The notes beneath the pieces were generated by a model that was not told the DNA's origin, ran no database searches, and saw only the letters and a program-made list of their open reading frames with translations. A stretch of 64,000 nucleotides of DNA from Octopus vulgaris (Eukaryota), in the NCBI GenBank assembly GCA_951406725.2, contig OX597815.1, positions 109,988,001 through 110,052,000 of the forward strand. Direction: 5' to 3'. The position numbers were made by a program, and so were the translations under genes. Positions within the stretch are counted from its first letter, which is position 1, and the number at the start of each line of letters is the position of its first letter. Below are positions 26,528 through 41,101 of the stretch, in pieces.

Positions 26528-28164
26528 GGGTATAAATAGAATTTAGAACATGAGGAAATTGAGATAATTCTAAAAGATACAAGAAGAATATTAGCAAGTA
26601 TGATATGCGAAATCATGAGAAATAGAAATATAATGTATGTGTGAAGAAGGATAAGAAGAATACAAATAGAATGAGAAAAAAGAGTGTGTACAGAAGGAAG
26701 TAGGAAGAGTAACTATAGGAATATGTGAAGCATTACATCTGCTATAGATATAAATTGAAATAACTGTTTAAATCGGAACTTAACTGCACAGAAGGTGATA
26801 TGATCGTTTGAAACAGTTTTTTAAAACGCTGGACTGGTGAAGCAGTCGCCAAATAAATCCTAGAAGAGGACTTTGGTGAACGATATTCTAGTCGTGGCCA
26901 TCCTGTCTTTTCAAACATAGCTTATATCAATATATTATTTAACATGGGCCTCCTTTTAAAAAAAAAAAACATCTTTGAGTGTTGTTTGAGGGTAATTTGT
27001 CTATAATTTGTAGCAGGTTGACTGATCATATAGAAGTTTATTCATTGTATTGCGTGGTGATTGTGCTGTTGGTAGGTGTACAGTGATTCCTGCACATCGA
27101 CAATCTAATAAGCACAACAGAAGTACGTTCGAAATTGTATATTCAATAGGGAAGATAACATGGAAATTATGAGCGTACACTTACTTCAAACTGCTTGCCA
27201 TCTTGCCATATTAACTGATAATTATTGAAGAATATCAAGAATCTACACGAAAAAGACAGATTTGTAATGTATTACGAAAACAGATGTGGTAGAAAAACCA
27301 TCAAACCGCACTGAGTATTCGAAGCCTGCTTCGCTGATTGCTTAATAGCTTACAAGGGGGAGTCGATAAAATATTTGTCAGTAATTGGAATTGATATAAT
27401 TCGACGATATCAAAGTCGACATATTTTCGGTTCGGTGCCAATGCAAGAAATTAATATTTAGATTAAATTTATTTGTCATATTCTAGGAAATAATATTTTA
27501 CTATTATGTACACATAATAGTTTATTTCTATTAGATCGATAGTGACTATTTAATAGATGACATAGGTATGTCTGGCTTTAATACTTTTGAATTATTTCTA
27601 TTTTGCATTTATATAGCTTTTATATATTCCTTCGGTTTAAATAGAAATAAAATATATAATAATACATAAGATTGCAGATTTAAATAAAAACGAGACTTGA
27701 AAGCAATATTTCAATCGTCTTTTTGTTTTGCCCAATATTGTATATATTAATTAATGATTATCGATATTTGATATTTTATGTTGATACAAGGACTGAAATA
27801 CATAATCGAAAATAAGATGTGATGTTTAGCTGTCTCGCTAAAGAGAAATAGTCAGAATACGCTAAATATAAGCTTCTTACCCTTTTAGTGAATTCTCCGT
27901 CTGTCTCGACGACGAGCAATTCAGTGCTTCGATCAAACAAATTTCTCGTAGTGATGAAATCTATACGTAAGCAGTTGAGTATTGTAAGGGCACAGGTTTT
28001 CTTAATGTATTTCTCAGGTCAAATCAGAGTAAGAGAATGCGAGAAGACCATTGAAGTATAGTTACATTCTAATTAATTTGTGAAAGAGAAAAGAGGAGAA
28101 GTTCGCGCGCGAGAGTGCGTGTATATGTGCTGGAAGAGAGAGGGAGAGAGGTGGAGAGAAAAAG

Positions 28165-28195
<31 letters not shown>

Positions 28196-28211
28196 GAAAG
28201 AGAGAGGGAGA

Positions 28212-28268
<57 letters not shown>

Positions 28269-29833
28269 AGTGAGTTGATCGTAGTATTGAAGCCGTATTT
28301 TAGTTATCGACTCCGAAATTATGAAAACCAAAATTGTCTAGGCCTTATCAGTGGGCCAATGACCCGTCTTGTATGTGGTCACTCACACTGCTAGAAATAA
28401 CTGTCGAGAAGACAGGTTTGATGATGTAGTTCTGTTGATGAGAAAAGAAATCATGAACAGAACAGGTTTGCAATAGAGAGAAATCTTTTGGCTATAAGGT
28501 TAAATCGGTTGCTCGGTTATGGTAAGGTGTAACATGGGGCCCGATCTACCACCTCCTCTTCCTCCCCTCCTCCTCCTCCTCCTCCTCCTCCTCCTCCTCC
28601 TCCTCCCCTCCTCCTCCTCCTCCTCCTCCTCCTCCTCCTCAACAACAACTAAAAGCAAAAAATAGGGCTTACAACGTGGAAATTTTTTGTCTCATAAACC
28701 TATTAGCCAAGTTCAATGCTTGTCATAGGAAACGAACTTTCGATTCTCCTGTCAGCTGCCACTCGATAATCGACATTAACAACTTCGAAACACTCAAAAT
28801 CAATGTAAATCACTGTAAATTTGCGAAAAACCTACGCAGACTGGAAAGGAGCATTCGATTTTTTGAGGAAGCTTAATGTTGTTGAAACATAAAGGAAAAA
28901 GTAAAACAAAACAAAAATGAAGTTTGATATATGCTAAAAATTAATGGAATAATAATATACTTATTTTTACAATATTTTCAAAGAATAATTACAAGTTAGC
29001 TGCATGTATAATAATATATTTTTGCAAACATACATTCATAATTATATTTGAGTTTACATCATGTTTTTTCATATCGCTATTTTCCATTTAATTACAATTC
29101 ATGTGTTTTCCTTCAGTTTTATTATTGCATTATATAATTTGTATAGAGTTGGTAGATTATTCAGCACTATATCATTAAAATATGGTCCTAGAACAAAGCC
29201 GAATAGAGTTTAGGATAAAGAACACTAATTTGGTTATAACTTTATCTACGTCGAATGCTCTAGGGAAATTCAAATATATAAATTTTTCATGGAATTAGAT
29301 TAGCTTATCGAACGTTGTATTGAATTATGGCCTTTTACCCATCTGGTTCTGTGATTTTGGAGTTTGAGAAGTTTAAATCTTGTATCAAACCTTATATCTG
29401 TAGCTACGACAATGGCGAGATTCGCTAATATCGCAGAACTCGGGACAAATTCACTAATATAATTAGTCTCAATTTTCATGTTTCCCATTTCAAATCAAAT
29501 GAGTCCCTACTCTGTCTTTAATACCTAATCCTTGCATTAATTGGTCTTAAGTCAAACAAAAGAATTAAAAATTTATAGATCGTTGATGGATTTTTTTAAA
29601 AATTAGAGGTAGCTGTACTAAAACTACAGCATTTTGTTGAAAATATTTCTTTGACGGGATATTCAAGAAGTTCACTTACTCTTGATTTCGGGTTCAATTC
29701 CAATGACTCTGATTATTTAGACATAAATGCGAGTAAATATTGTCGTTATCACGCTCGCACTTGAGAGTTCAGGCGAGTTAATCAATATTAGGAAGTTAGT
29801 ATTTTCTAGGGAGTTCATTACCACTTGCCCAAG

Positions 29834-29939
29834 GTCCCACTGCGTGGCACCTTGGGCAAGTGTCTTCTTCTATAGCCTCGGACCGACCAAAGCCTTGTGA
29901 GTGGACTTGGTAGACGGACACTGAAAGAAGCCCGTCGTA

Positions 29940-30016
<77 letters not shown>

Positions 30017-30227
30017 TTGTGTGTCTGTGTTTGTCCCCACAACATCGCTTGACAAAAGATGGTGGTGTGTTTACGTCCCCGTAACTTAGTGGTTCGGCAA
30101 AAGAGACCGATAGAATAAGTACTAGGCTTACAAAGAATAAGACCTGGGGTCGATTTGCTCGACTAAAGGCGGTACTCCAGCATGGCCAAAGTCAAATGAC
30201 TGAAACAAGTAAAAGAGTAAAAGAGTA
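29834..30227 (+). mobile_element. SINE family B, 5'-truncated
   Basis: GTCCCACTGCGTGGCACCTTGGGCAAGTGTC...internal (TA)(TG)...GAAACAAGTAAAAGAGTAAAAGAGT. Confidence 0.9.
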
Positions 30228-30553
30228 ACCTATAAGTTGATAGCCATTGCATTCTTGTTTGATATATTTATTTTATATATATTTTGGTGGTGTCGTTAAG
30301 CAAGCTATGTCTTAAGTAACACCAGACAACACTAGTTAGGTGTCTTTACTGATCTTCTATTACTCTCTTCTTTACATCTGCGACAGACTTCGTCAATACC
30401 ACTGTAACTGAAATTATACTCATCTGATGTCAGGAATCTTCGGTCTTCATGTCAGTGGAGCTGGTATTCATGTATACAGGTATATCTAAATATGCTATTA
30501 CTTAGTATATATGTATGCATCACACTCTCTCCTTCTGTCTGTCTGTCTGTTTC

Positions 30554-30636
<83 letters not shown>

Positions 30637-31098
30637 GGTTTTAATTTTCTTGAAGAGTTCGAATAAACGAACGAAAGCGATGATAATGAATTATCCAAAA
30701 TTCTGACTGCCTCCTTTTTCTTGATATATATATAACAAATTCGTCCTTTAATCTGGAGGTTTCCAAAAAAGATTTCTAATGTTGATTTTTCATATTTTGC
30801 TGGTACTTTACAGGCGTAGATTTGCGAATATGAAAATAATATTTGTATATGATGTGTTGCGAATTTAAGGAAAGAAATCCTATAAAAGCCATCCATCGTT
30901 TCGTACAGAGTTATAAAATTATGCAAATTCATTACTGAATTGAATTAGATTAAATTAATTAAATAATATAGTTAATTATATATATATATCAATGTACTCG
31001 TTCACATGGATTAAAATTCTCTTATATATTTTAACATTTTGTCGTCTCCCTTTTTATCTAAATTGATGAGTTTTATGAGATTTTTTTCCTTAAATTCA

Positions 31099-31143
<45 letters not shown>

Positions 31144-31250
31144 TACAAACACACACATATATATATATAGTAAAAGAAGGAAAATGCACACAGTTTACAT
31201 AATTTTAATATATTTTAAAATATATTTTATAAGAGAAAGAGTATTGCGTT

Positions 31251-31283
31251 TGTCGACCGGTTTCGCTTTTGCTAATCATGACA
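31251..31283 (-). ncRNA. Degenerate minimal hammerhead motif in a probable PLE terminal fragment (about 31170-31530)
   Basis: Minus strand TGTC-ATGATTA-GC-AAAA-GC-GAAACCGGT-C-GACA: stems I and II, palindromic stem III and GUC site present, two core mismatches. Confidence 0.55.
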
Positions 31284-31636
31284 GTTGAATTATTGTAATT
31301 TCATATTCCCTTTAAAAGATTTTAGTCCACGTTCTTGTATGGAAGTTTGTGTGTGAATCAAAATTAGAAAAACCTAAGGAAAGGTAACTACTGACCCTTA
31401 TTATTAAGGACCGGGAATGTAATTGCTCATTTTGGGGAGGGGGAATAAATGAGTGCACAGAAACTCAAAAGCTAAAGTAGTAAGATGAAACATGTACAGT
31501 GATGGGTATGTGATCATAAATTAAAATATTTACTGAGGCCAATTGGTTATGCGTTCATAATTAGGCATGTTCTGTATTTTTCGATATTTAAACATTCTTA
31601 CATACACACACAGACACACACGCATGCACGCACACC

Positions 31637-31730
<94 letters not shown>

Positions 31731-31955
31731 ATCGCCTATACATGCATTATTTTAAGAACAGTATCTGCTACGCTGTGAGCTGTATGGCAACCTCTTAATT
31801 CCAATGTTCGACGAAGTGTGTAACATACAATGTTAATAAACGTGTTATATCGCATGTTGTTCAGCTTGTTTGTCGTCTGTACTAGTCGCAGAAATCTTCG
31901 AAGCTTACTAACTGCCAACACTTGGGACCCTGGATCATACTTACCTACAACTGTA

Positions 31956-31997
<42 letters not shown>

Positions 31998-32168
31998 CAT
32001 ATATATGCATTCATACATATATGTATCTATGCCTATATTTGTGTGTGTATGTATGTATATGTATACATACATAGGAAGATATAGAGCGATGAATTCATAC
32101 ATTAATACATACATAAATAGTAGCATTATTACATATATACGTACATATATGTTTTTATTGTATATTGT

Positions 32169-32370
32169 GGAGGCGCAATGGCCTAGTGGTTAGGGCAGCG
32201 GACTCGCGGTCGTAGGATCGCGGTTTCGATTCCCAGACCGGGTGTTGTGAGTGTTTATTGAGCGAAAACACCTAAAAGCTCCACGAGGCTCCGGCAGGGC
32301 GTGGTGATCCCTGCTGTACTCTTTAACGGCGGTGCATCAGCATGGCCGCAGCTCTGAGCTGAAACTAGAA
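32169..32370 (+). mobile_element. SINE family C head fused to a family B-like tail
   Basis: GGAGGCGCAATGGCCTAGTGGTTAGGGCAGCGG...GGTTTCGATTCCC, then GGCGGTGCATCAGCATGGCCGCAG...TGAAACTAG. Confidence 0.8.
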
Positions 32371-32379
32371 AAAAAAAAA

Positions 32380-32452
<73 letters not shown>

Positions 32453-33405
32453 GTAATGGTGTCATTGAGACCCAAAGGTGTCAGGTAATGCTGAATAAAT
32501 GCTATAGACAGACCATAGTTAAGTTCCAGGTCGGTAATTTTGCGAATAAGGGGTTCAACTTTGGTTCTATGTCACCCTGTGTATATAAGAATTTCTTCTT
32601 GTTTTCGATTTGACCCTACTAATACACTCCTTATTTTTAGGTCACTTTAAGTAAAAACCTTTGACTCTACAACACTGTGTGTAAATTCTGTACTTGGAAT
32701 GACCAAGTTTAAAAACCGCTGGATCTCACTCATAAGCTATTGGAAACTTACATTATGTATAAACTCTATATTTGGAAGGACCCATTTTAAACTCTGTTGG
32801 ACTTTACTCATAAGGTATTGGAATCCTACATATATATAATTCTACTTTAAAAATGGATATACAATTTCAATATCGCTACATATCTTGCATCTATTTTTTT
32901 CCTCTACCTCATTCTCTATTTTGTATCACATCTAAACTAACTATGACAACCATCCTCGCACACCGTCTCCAATGAAGGGATATAATTAATAAATATCCTG
33001 GAAACAGCTGTAAGACCTTCTATCTATAAATGTTCTAATATCTACACAGCCTTGGTTTTTTATCTCATTACGCAAAAAATTCTTATATGTATATACATAT
33101 ATATATGAATATATGTATACATATGTGTATATAACACACACATATATATATATAAGTATATGCATATATGCATATATGTGTGTGTGAGTGTGCATGCATG
33201 TGTGAAAGTGCGTGTGTGTGTATATATATATAGAGAGAAAGAGCGACAGAGAGAAAGAGAGAGAGAGAGAAAGAGGGAGAGAGCGCGAGAAAGAGAGAGG
33301 TGGAAAGAGAGTGGGAGAAGCGCAAGCTAGATTGATAGATAGAAATATGTATTCATATGTATGTACGTGTATATGTATATGTGTATGTATATGTATATGC
33401 ATATG

Positions 33406-33475
<70 letters not shown>

Positions 33476-33534
33476 CATAGATATATATACATATATGTAT
33501 GCATGTGTGTGTATATATATCAATATATATATAA

Positions 33535-33568
<34 letters not shown>

Positions 33569-33870
33569 TCATACGTATGTGTGTGTCTCCGCACATGTAT
33601 GAATAGGAATATATTCATAAATATAAGTATATAAATCCACCCTCACGCATTTATATATGTATGTATGACTGTATGTATCCCTCTCGATCTCATTCGATTC
33701 CTTATATTGTGTGAGTGCGCGCTCATCTGTGTATGCATACCCGCATCAGCACACGCGCAATACGAAAAATAGAAATTAAGAGAGAATGAGAGAGAAAAAT
33801 TGATGGTGCATGAGAATGTAGCACATGATAAATAGATAAATAAAACACTAAAAATATACAGGTAATGAAG

Positions 33871-33907
<37 letters not shown>

Positions 33908-34397
33908 CATGCATATATATATATATGTATGTAATGGACGTATTCCGCCATTACAAGCTAGTATTTCGTCAGAACACAATGATTTTGAACGTTGCATCTT
34001 TTTTCTAATTTTATGATTCCCAGTCCAAATATGTTTGTCTTCATATACATTTATGGCATGATTATGGGATGATTCGAGGGGAAATTCTATGGTTCTTGAA
34101 ATGTTCGCCAATTTTCACCTCGTTTCCTCACCAATCAAAAGATGAATTCATCAGACAAAATTTTTCAATCCAAATGCCCAGTTTTTGGCTTTATCGCAAC
34201 AAATTTTTTCTTCCTTTTTTTTTTTATCTATCGTATTTTTATGTTACCTTACACTGCAATTTTTCCATATTTTGCTTTATATACTTGTCTTTTCTTTTTG
34301 CTATTTTGTTAGCTTATACATATTGTTACTTTTCATACCCTTTTTTTTAATATTATGATTACTTTCATCGTCCGCTTCGGTATATAAGAAGCCCATG

Positions 34398-34440
<43 letters not shown>

Positions 34441-34829
34441 GTTTACTTATATATATATATATAAATATACATATGTAAACGTATATATATATATGTACGT
34501 ATGCTCATACACACACACATACATACACATGCACACACACCAGCCTTTAATATTGGACAATCATTTACACTTGAGAGTTTCCAATAATTTTCTCATGTAT
34601 TCATGTTTCTTTAACGACTCTTTTGGTTCGGTAATATTGCGGCCATAACGAATATTATCACTGTTTATGCATTAGCCTTTTGATCGTGTCAGAAATCTAC
34701 TTCAGACGAAAAGAAACGGGGAAAACTTTCTGCAGCAAAGCAAGATATATGTGTACGTGTATGCGTATATTTAGGTGCATATGTATGTGTACATGTATAT
34801 GAATATGAACATGAATATGAATATGTATG

Positions 34830-34864
<35 letters not shown>

Positions 34865-34874
34865 GTGTGTGTAT

Positions 34875-34927
<53 letters not shown>

Positions 34928-35767
34928 TGTGTGTGTGTGTGTAAATATATATATGTATGACTGTATGAATGCATGCATGCGTGTATGTATATATTATATA
35001 TATACATAAAAGTATGTGCACTACGATGAAAAATACATATATGTGCGCTTGCACACACATGCTCGCTCGAACAAACATGTTTCTAAAATTATGAATGTGT
35101 ATGTATAAAGGTTATATATGTATAATGTGTATATGTCTATCTATATGAGCTAGAGAATAATAGAGAAAGAGAAAGATAGAGAGAAAGAGAGTGAGAGAGA
35201 GAGAGTGTGAGATAGAGGTGGAAGAAAGAGAGGTAAAGAGTGATCGAAATAGAGATAGATATTCGTTGATCATGAAAATATTTTTGAGGACTAAAATATA
35301 GGAGTCGGTTTGGAAGGGTTATTAGTTAAAGCCTGTTAAGAGCTGGTTTAAAACTTTAAAAACCTTTGACCCCTGGGAAACGCTAAACAGATTTGATCCC
35401 TGGGAAATATATTTCCATAAAAGAAAACAATGTAGGAGCAAGTATATGGTCGCAAAAATGTTAAAAATTCAACACAATCTCCCTCTGATCGTACGTTGCC
35501 GTTTCGAAGAATAAATTCGTGTATGCTTGGATGATATATCCCTAAATTCCTTTACATGGTTGTGTCACAGCTAGAATGTATTTGTTCATAAAGTTATTCA
35601 TTCAGAAGTTATTCAGTCTCTTAATGACCACAGCAATGACAATTCAGTTATTAGAAAATTATGTATAAACAAGAAAACACCAACGAAATATAATGAGCAA
35701 CATATATTCATTTGTAAGTATAAGCTACCACATAATTAGATGTCACAGTAGAGAAAAACCTCTTAAG

Positions 35768-35860
35768 GTGGAAGACACTTACCCAAGACGACATGTAGTG
35801 GGACTGAACCCGGAACCATATGGTTGGGAATTAAACTTCTTACCACACACCCATGTCTGC
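35768..35860 (-). mobile_element. SINE family B 5' fragment
   Basis: GAAGACACTTACCCAAG...GTGGGACTGAACCCGGAACCATATGGTTGG. Confidence 0.75.
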
Positions 35861-38157
35861 ACCTATTTGGGTTATTAGGCAAACCTTACTTTGTACTAGA
35901 ATTTTACACAAATGTGTTTACGTGTGTGTGTGTGTATGTGCGTGTGTGAATCTGAGTGTATTGTGCATGTATGTGCGTATGTGTGATAATGTGTGTGTAT
36001 GATGATATGTGTGTGTGTCTGATGATGATGATGTGTGTGTGTGGATGTAAAAATTCAAAATTGCATGGACAAGGAATATCACCGTATGATATTTTTTATA
36101 GATATTCACATCATTTCCGGTATAGGTTCTGCATATTGCCTTGAACGTCAGGTGTGAACAATTGAAAAATGTCAAAAGGTACGTAGCCAACGGAGCACCA
36201 TATTAATAAAAAGATAAAGAAACTGAGACGAAATATTCTCAGTTTGGCTGTATGTATATATGAAAACATTTATTAAAATCTTTCTGAAATTGAAAACTTT
36301 CAGTATTTGTTCCAGCTCACAGGGTTCAGGGTTCAAATTCTATTAAATGCAAAATAAGTTATCTGCGAAGACATTAGTAGATGAATATCTGATTTATCTA
36401 AGAATTTGATATGTTTATTTCGATTACATTGCCAATCTGGCATTTCGATGATTTTACTTAGAACAAATTTCTTTTTTCCTTTTCTAAGCTCAATCTTACA
36501 TGTAATGAAAGATGTCTCCTAAATGATCCGTACGTGAATATATATTTCGTACAAAATAAGTTGAGCGACACAAGAAGTAACCATTGAGTTTTATATCTAA
36601 ATTCATATTTATCCATTCTGAATACAGATGCGACTTTTCCACTTTATATGCATATTTCTAAAAGATAAGTAGCTTTTCACTGTGAGGAAGGAAGAACGTC
36701 CGAAACATCTATAGACACCATACTCATTTTCCATTCCAAGTATTTTTCTCAAGGGTTAAACTATAACGTATCCGACCTACACTGTTCTTTCTGGTTAACT
36801 GAAATTTTAACTTCACACACATACATACATGCATGCATACATACATACATGCATACATACATACATACATACATACATACATACATACATACATACATAC
36901 ACATACATACATGCACACATACATACATACATACATGATAGAAGAAAAAGACTATAAGAGACTTTAAACAATGGCTGGAGAGGAAAGTGTAACAAGAACA
37001 AGGAAAGTAAAATGGTAGTAAATAGGAAAGATAGTTCGTCACTTCATTTACTCTCACATTTTATTATTCTCTCGCTTTTGTTTCCCCTCTCTCCCTCCAT
37101 TGCTTCAAGGCCTCGTGAATCCATGTTTCATTTTTAGATACTATTATAATTTCTTTGAGTGCGTATGCAAGAAATGGAAAATCGTGCGTGTGCGCGCATG
37201 TGTGTGTGTGTGTGTGTGTATGCGTGCGAGTGGCCAGTATAAATTATCAGAATGTGTAGCCTTTGTGAATGTATATCACTGCGGTATCTATATATATACA
37301 CACACATGAAAATAGAATTTCCTTATTATATATATATATATATATATTAAAATAGATTTTATGAATATATACAAGTATGGTTGTGGTATGTATGTGTATA
37401 ACTGTGAGGCTATAATCTAATCCGAGGTATATGGGTTTGTGTATAGGTATGGATATGCATGCATGAATGTATGTATGTATGTATGTATGTATGTATGTAT
37501 GTATGTATGTTTGTATGTATGTATGTATGTATGTATGTATGTGTGTATGTGTGTGTTAGTCTGTATGTGTGTTCTATGTATATTTTTTAATTTGTATAAA
37601 CGCACAATTGCTAATCTGTAAACTCTAAATGTATGCGATTTCACTTATGTATGCTCGTTTCTATGCGTGAGTGCATTTTTGCGTGGCATTGTTCCACTGA
37701 AACCACCGTTAAGCCTGAACGCACAACCGAATTTCAAAAATATTGAAGTTGTAGATATATGTTTTCTACAGAATTTCGAAAGTCTACATTATCCAATAAG
37801 TTTTTTTGTTATTGTGGACACTTCGTTAAGTTCGACACGCAGGAAATTACATATATATGAAGACAGCGACGTTGACACGGGAACAGTTTTGCAGATCAAA
37901 CAACAATGTATAGGCTTCAAAATTCTGTGAGTGAGTCTGTGTAATTTTGTTGTGTGTGCGTGGGTAAGTTTCTGTGAGTGTATGTGTGCGTGTATGTGTG
38001 TCTGTGTATGTATGTATGCTTATAACAGTATGTGAGTACTCGCGTGTGCATGTGTATTAATATATATATTGATATCTAATTGTCTATATGTAAATGTATA
38101 TAATGTATATGTATATAATGTATATGTATATAATGTATATGTATATATATTTATGTT

Positions 38158-38212
<55 letters not shown>

Positions 38213-38527
38213 TAAATCCCCAAAGAAGAAAAACAAAAAACAACGCGAGGTCGTGGTACATGTAATGTATTAGCAGACGCTCAGGAAAGCAACGAAAGAT
38301 GATTTAACTTTGCGAGCAGACGCTCTTCTACGGAAACAGGAAAGTCCAATAGAAGGCAAAACGGAGGAAGAAAATCGCCAACGATTCACACGTGTTTACA
38401 TTTTGAAATGACCAGAAAGGAATGGGTGAATAAAAGTTCTTTCTAAGACAGGAGAGTGTAAGGGAAGGAGGTATGTATGTGAATGTGTGGGTATGTGCTT
38501 GCGCGCTGGTCTGTATATGCGTGGGTG

Positions 38528-38932
38528 GGATCTTTTCGGTTTGAACGGCAGTTTTTTCTAGCGGTGTCATATGAAATTATCACCCATAATTATGCCCCTA
38601 GTATCGATCTATTGAATTTCAATCTGTTTTAGGGTTAGGGTTAGGGGTGGGGGGAAGAGTATCTTTTTTTTCTTCAGAAATGTAAATAAACCCAATCTGT
38701 TTCTTAAACGAGGGACATATTCATACGGCACAGAATGTTTTCACCCCAATAGACGTCATTGATTGGTTGAAATTGCAGAAATTAAAGAAAAAAAACAACA
38801 AATATCTTACAAACTATAGAATCTTCTCAATAAAGCCAAGAGAAAAACACATTCTACCAGTATACGAAGTTCAAAAGTGTTTAGTTACGTGGATATTATT
38901 TTAAAAAACTGCCGTTCAAACTGAAAAGATCC
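38528..38932. mobile_element. TTAGGG-containing MITE, copy 2, inverted relative to 471-919
   Basis: TIRs GGATCTTTTCGGTTTGAACGGCAGTTTTT / AAAAACTGCCGTTCAAACTGAAAAGATCC; TSD CGTGGGTG (38520-38527) / CGTGTGTG (38933-38940); (TTAGGG)3 at 38629-38646. Confidence 0.9.
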
Positions 38933-38975
38933 CGTGTGTGTGTGTGATAGCACGTGTGTATGCGCGTATGTATGT

Positions 38976-39024
<49 letters not shown>

Positions 39025-39244
39025 GTGTGTGTGTATGTGTGTGTGCTTGTGGTTTTGGCTGTTTATATGTGTATGTGTAAGAGAACTTTCTGTCGCTTAC
39101 TGTTGTAGGCAGAATTTAGTAGTAGGAGGGGGCTGTCTTGTGTAGTGTGTTTCTTCACGTATACGTAGGAGAATGGTCAGTACAAAGGTACTTGACTGGC
39201 AGTTTAAAGTATGTGTGCGCGTGTGTATGTACGTGTGTGCGTGG

Positions 39245-40350
39245 AGACATCCAAACTGAATGTGTCCAGGACCTTGTTACATCTTCCTTCATCTTCTTCA
39301 GCCTGCGAAGCAACCAAAACTCAAGCAAGGCTTGGATTGTATGGAGCGTGAGGGACAGTTTTCATGCTCTAACAAGTAGTTGTTTACCAGAATGACATTT
39401 TGGACTGGTACATTTTGTTGGTGCAAGTTCTTTGACCTACTGCGACGTAATCTCTTCCTGATCTTCAAAACCTCCACAGTGTACACTTTGTTGACCGTCT
39501 GGTCAGAGGGAGGAATCCAGTGAACGTAGATAATGCTCTTGCTGTTGAAAAAAAAATGTTTCATCATAATCTTCCTGATGTCAGCAAAAACCAGGTGTTC
39601 GGCACATATAAGTTAATCCATAATCTTTTCACAAGTTTCTCTTGCGTTTTTGCCTAGCTTAACTTTAAAGTTCATTGCATAGGGTGCTTCTAAATTGTTT
39701 TCACGCCCCAACTGCATTCTGAAGACTAGTTATTACCCTGCGCGCGTAAGCGAAAGCAAGGTATTGTAATCATTTTTCTTTGTCTCTTTCTCTGTATGTT
39801 TACAAAATTATGTTTGACTCACTTGCATCATTGAAAGACGTTGAAAACACTTCTCAAATTTCATGCAATATTTTCCACAAGTATTTCATTATCTTCACTT
39901 TCTTTTTCATAATCATGATTATCATTTGAATAATCATTTATTTAGTCATATGCAAATTTTACTCATATGCAAATTGCCTATGTGTAAAACATTTTAAAAC
40001 AATCTTTGATATTCTTTGTCATCTCATATTTTAACATTTCACTGTAACACTATTGAAACTGAACGCTTTTTTCCTTTTGAACACGCATGATTCTTCAGTG
40101 AAAAATTGGAGAAGAATCTTTATTTTATCTTATTTTTCCTTCATTTTAATTTCAAACCCTCTAAAATAACATTCAAATTTCTTTGCCAACTCGTATTTTA
40201 ACGTTTTTGCAAGAAAAATTTATCTGCGCGCTGGTTACGCATTGCTCCTCCGATCCCTTTTCCCCCCATCTGTGACTAGTAGTTTGTTGAAGGGTGTGTT
40301 CAGAGTGCTGTTACAGCCGTCTCGTTCAATTTGAAATAACAAAATGTGAC
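39245..40350 (-). mobile_element. Mariner relic related to 23853-24690, split by an insertion at 39731-40273
   Basis: FFNSKSIIYVHWIPP..QTVNKVY..EVLK transposase segment; flanks GCATTC..GACTAGT and GTGTGTTCAGAGTGCTGTTACAGCCG align with 24575-24660. Confidence 0.75.
39731..40273 (+). mobile_element. Probable Helentron-associated (HINE/DINE-1-like) non-autonomous insert
   Basis: Begins TATTACCCTGCGCGCGTAAGCGAAAGC with short inverted motifs, then a GTCT-like tract; ends with a GC-rich hairpin-like segment before ACTAGT; interrupts the mariner. Confidence 0.5.
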
Positions 40351-41101
40351 AGATAATCTTATTAAATGTACAGAAGTGATATAGTAAAATTACAATTATC
40401 CAGGACATTTATAAGTGCTGCCCCTAAAAAATATCAAAATTTCGAGAATGCGCCTCGCATATAATATGTCTTTTTATTTTTGAAGTGTATGTGTGTAATC
40501 TATAACTATGCACAAAGATACATACATATATATACATAGATGTGTATGTTTATATAGGTGACAAAATATGTGTTAAAAACAAACATCTATCAATTGAATT
40601 TATTGCTGTTGCATGAAATAAAATATCATTGAATTGATACGATGCTTACAGAGGATATCATGAATGAAAAAGCTATTAAAGACAGCAAACAGATTCGTTC
40701 TTGCGTTACTATTGTTGGCAGTGTTGGTAGTGTTGTTGGTGGCTGTGAACTCCGCACATTTCTTCATTTTGTGCTTGTAAGAAGTATATATATTTGAAAA
40801 TCTAAATGTAGAATTAAGTAGCAAAAACAAAATAAAATCTTCAAAATCACATAGCACTTTAATTTGAAATAGAAGCCTGCAGAAAAAAAATTGGCTGATA
40901 CGCAAACACACATACACAGATTCATACACAGGGCACACACTCACATACGTACTTACACAGACTTTCTTACTTTCTCTGACAATGCATAGATGTATATTTG
41001 TATGAGTATGTATGCATTTAAATATCAATATATGCAAGCATGCATATATGTATGTATATACACACGCATATCTATATATCTGTACATGCATATATGTAGA
41101 T

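Noticed and set aside
38295-38340. Possible HHR remnant in a PLE-like terminal fragment (38220-38420)
   Set aside because: Both core halves are too mutated (CCGTAGA / GCAAAGTT); only a short GAGC/GCTC stem remains
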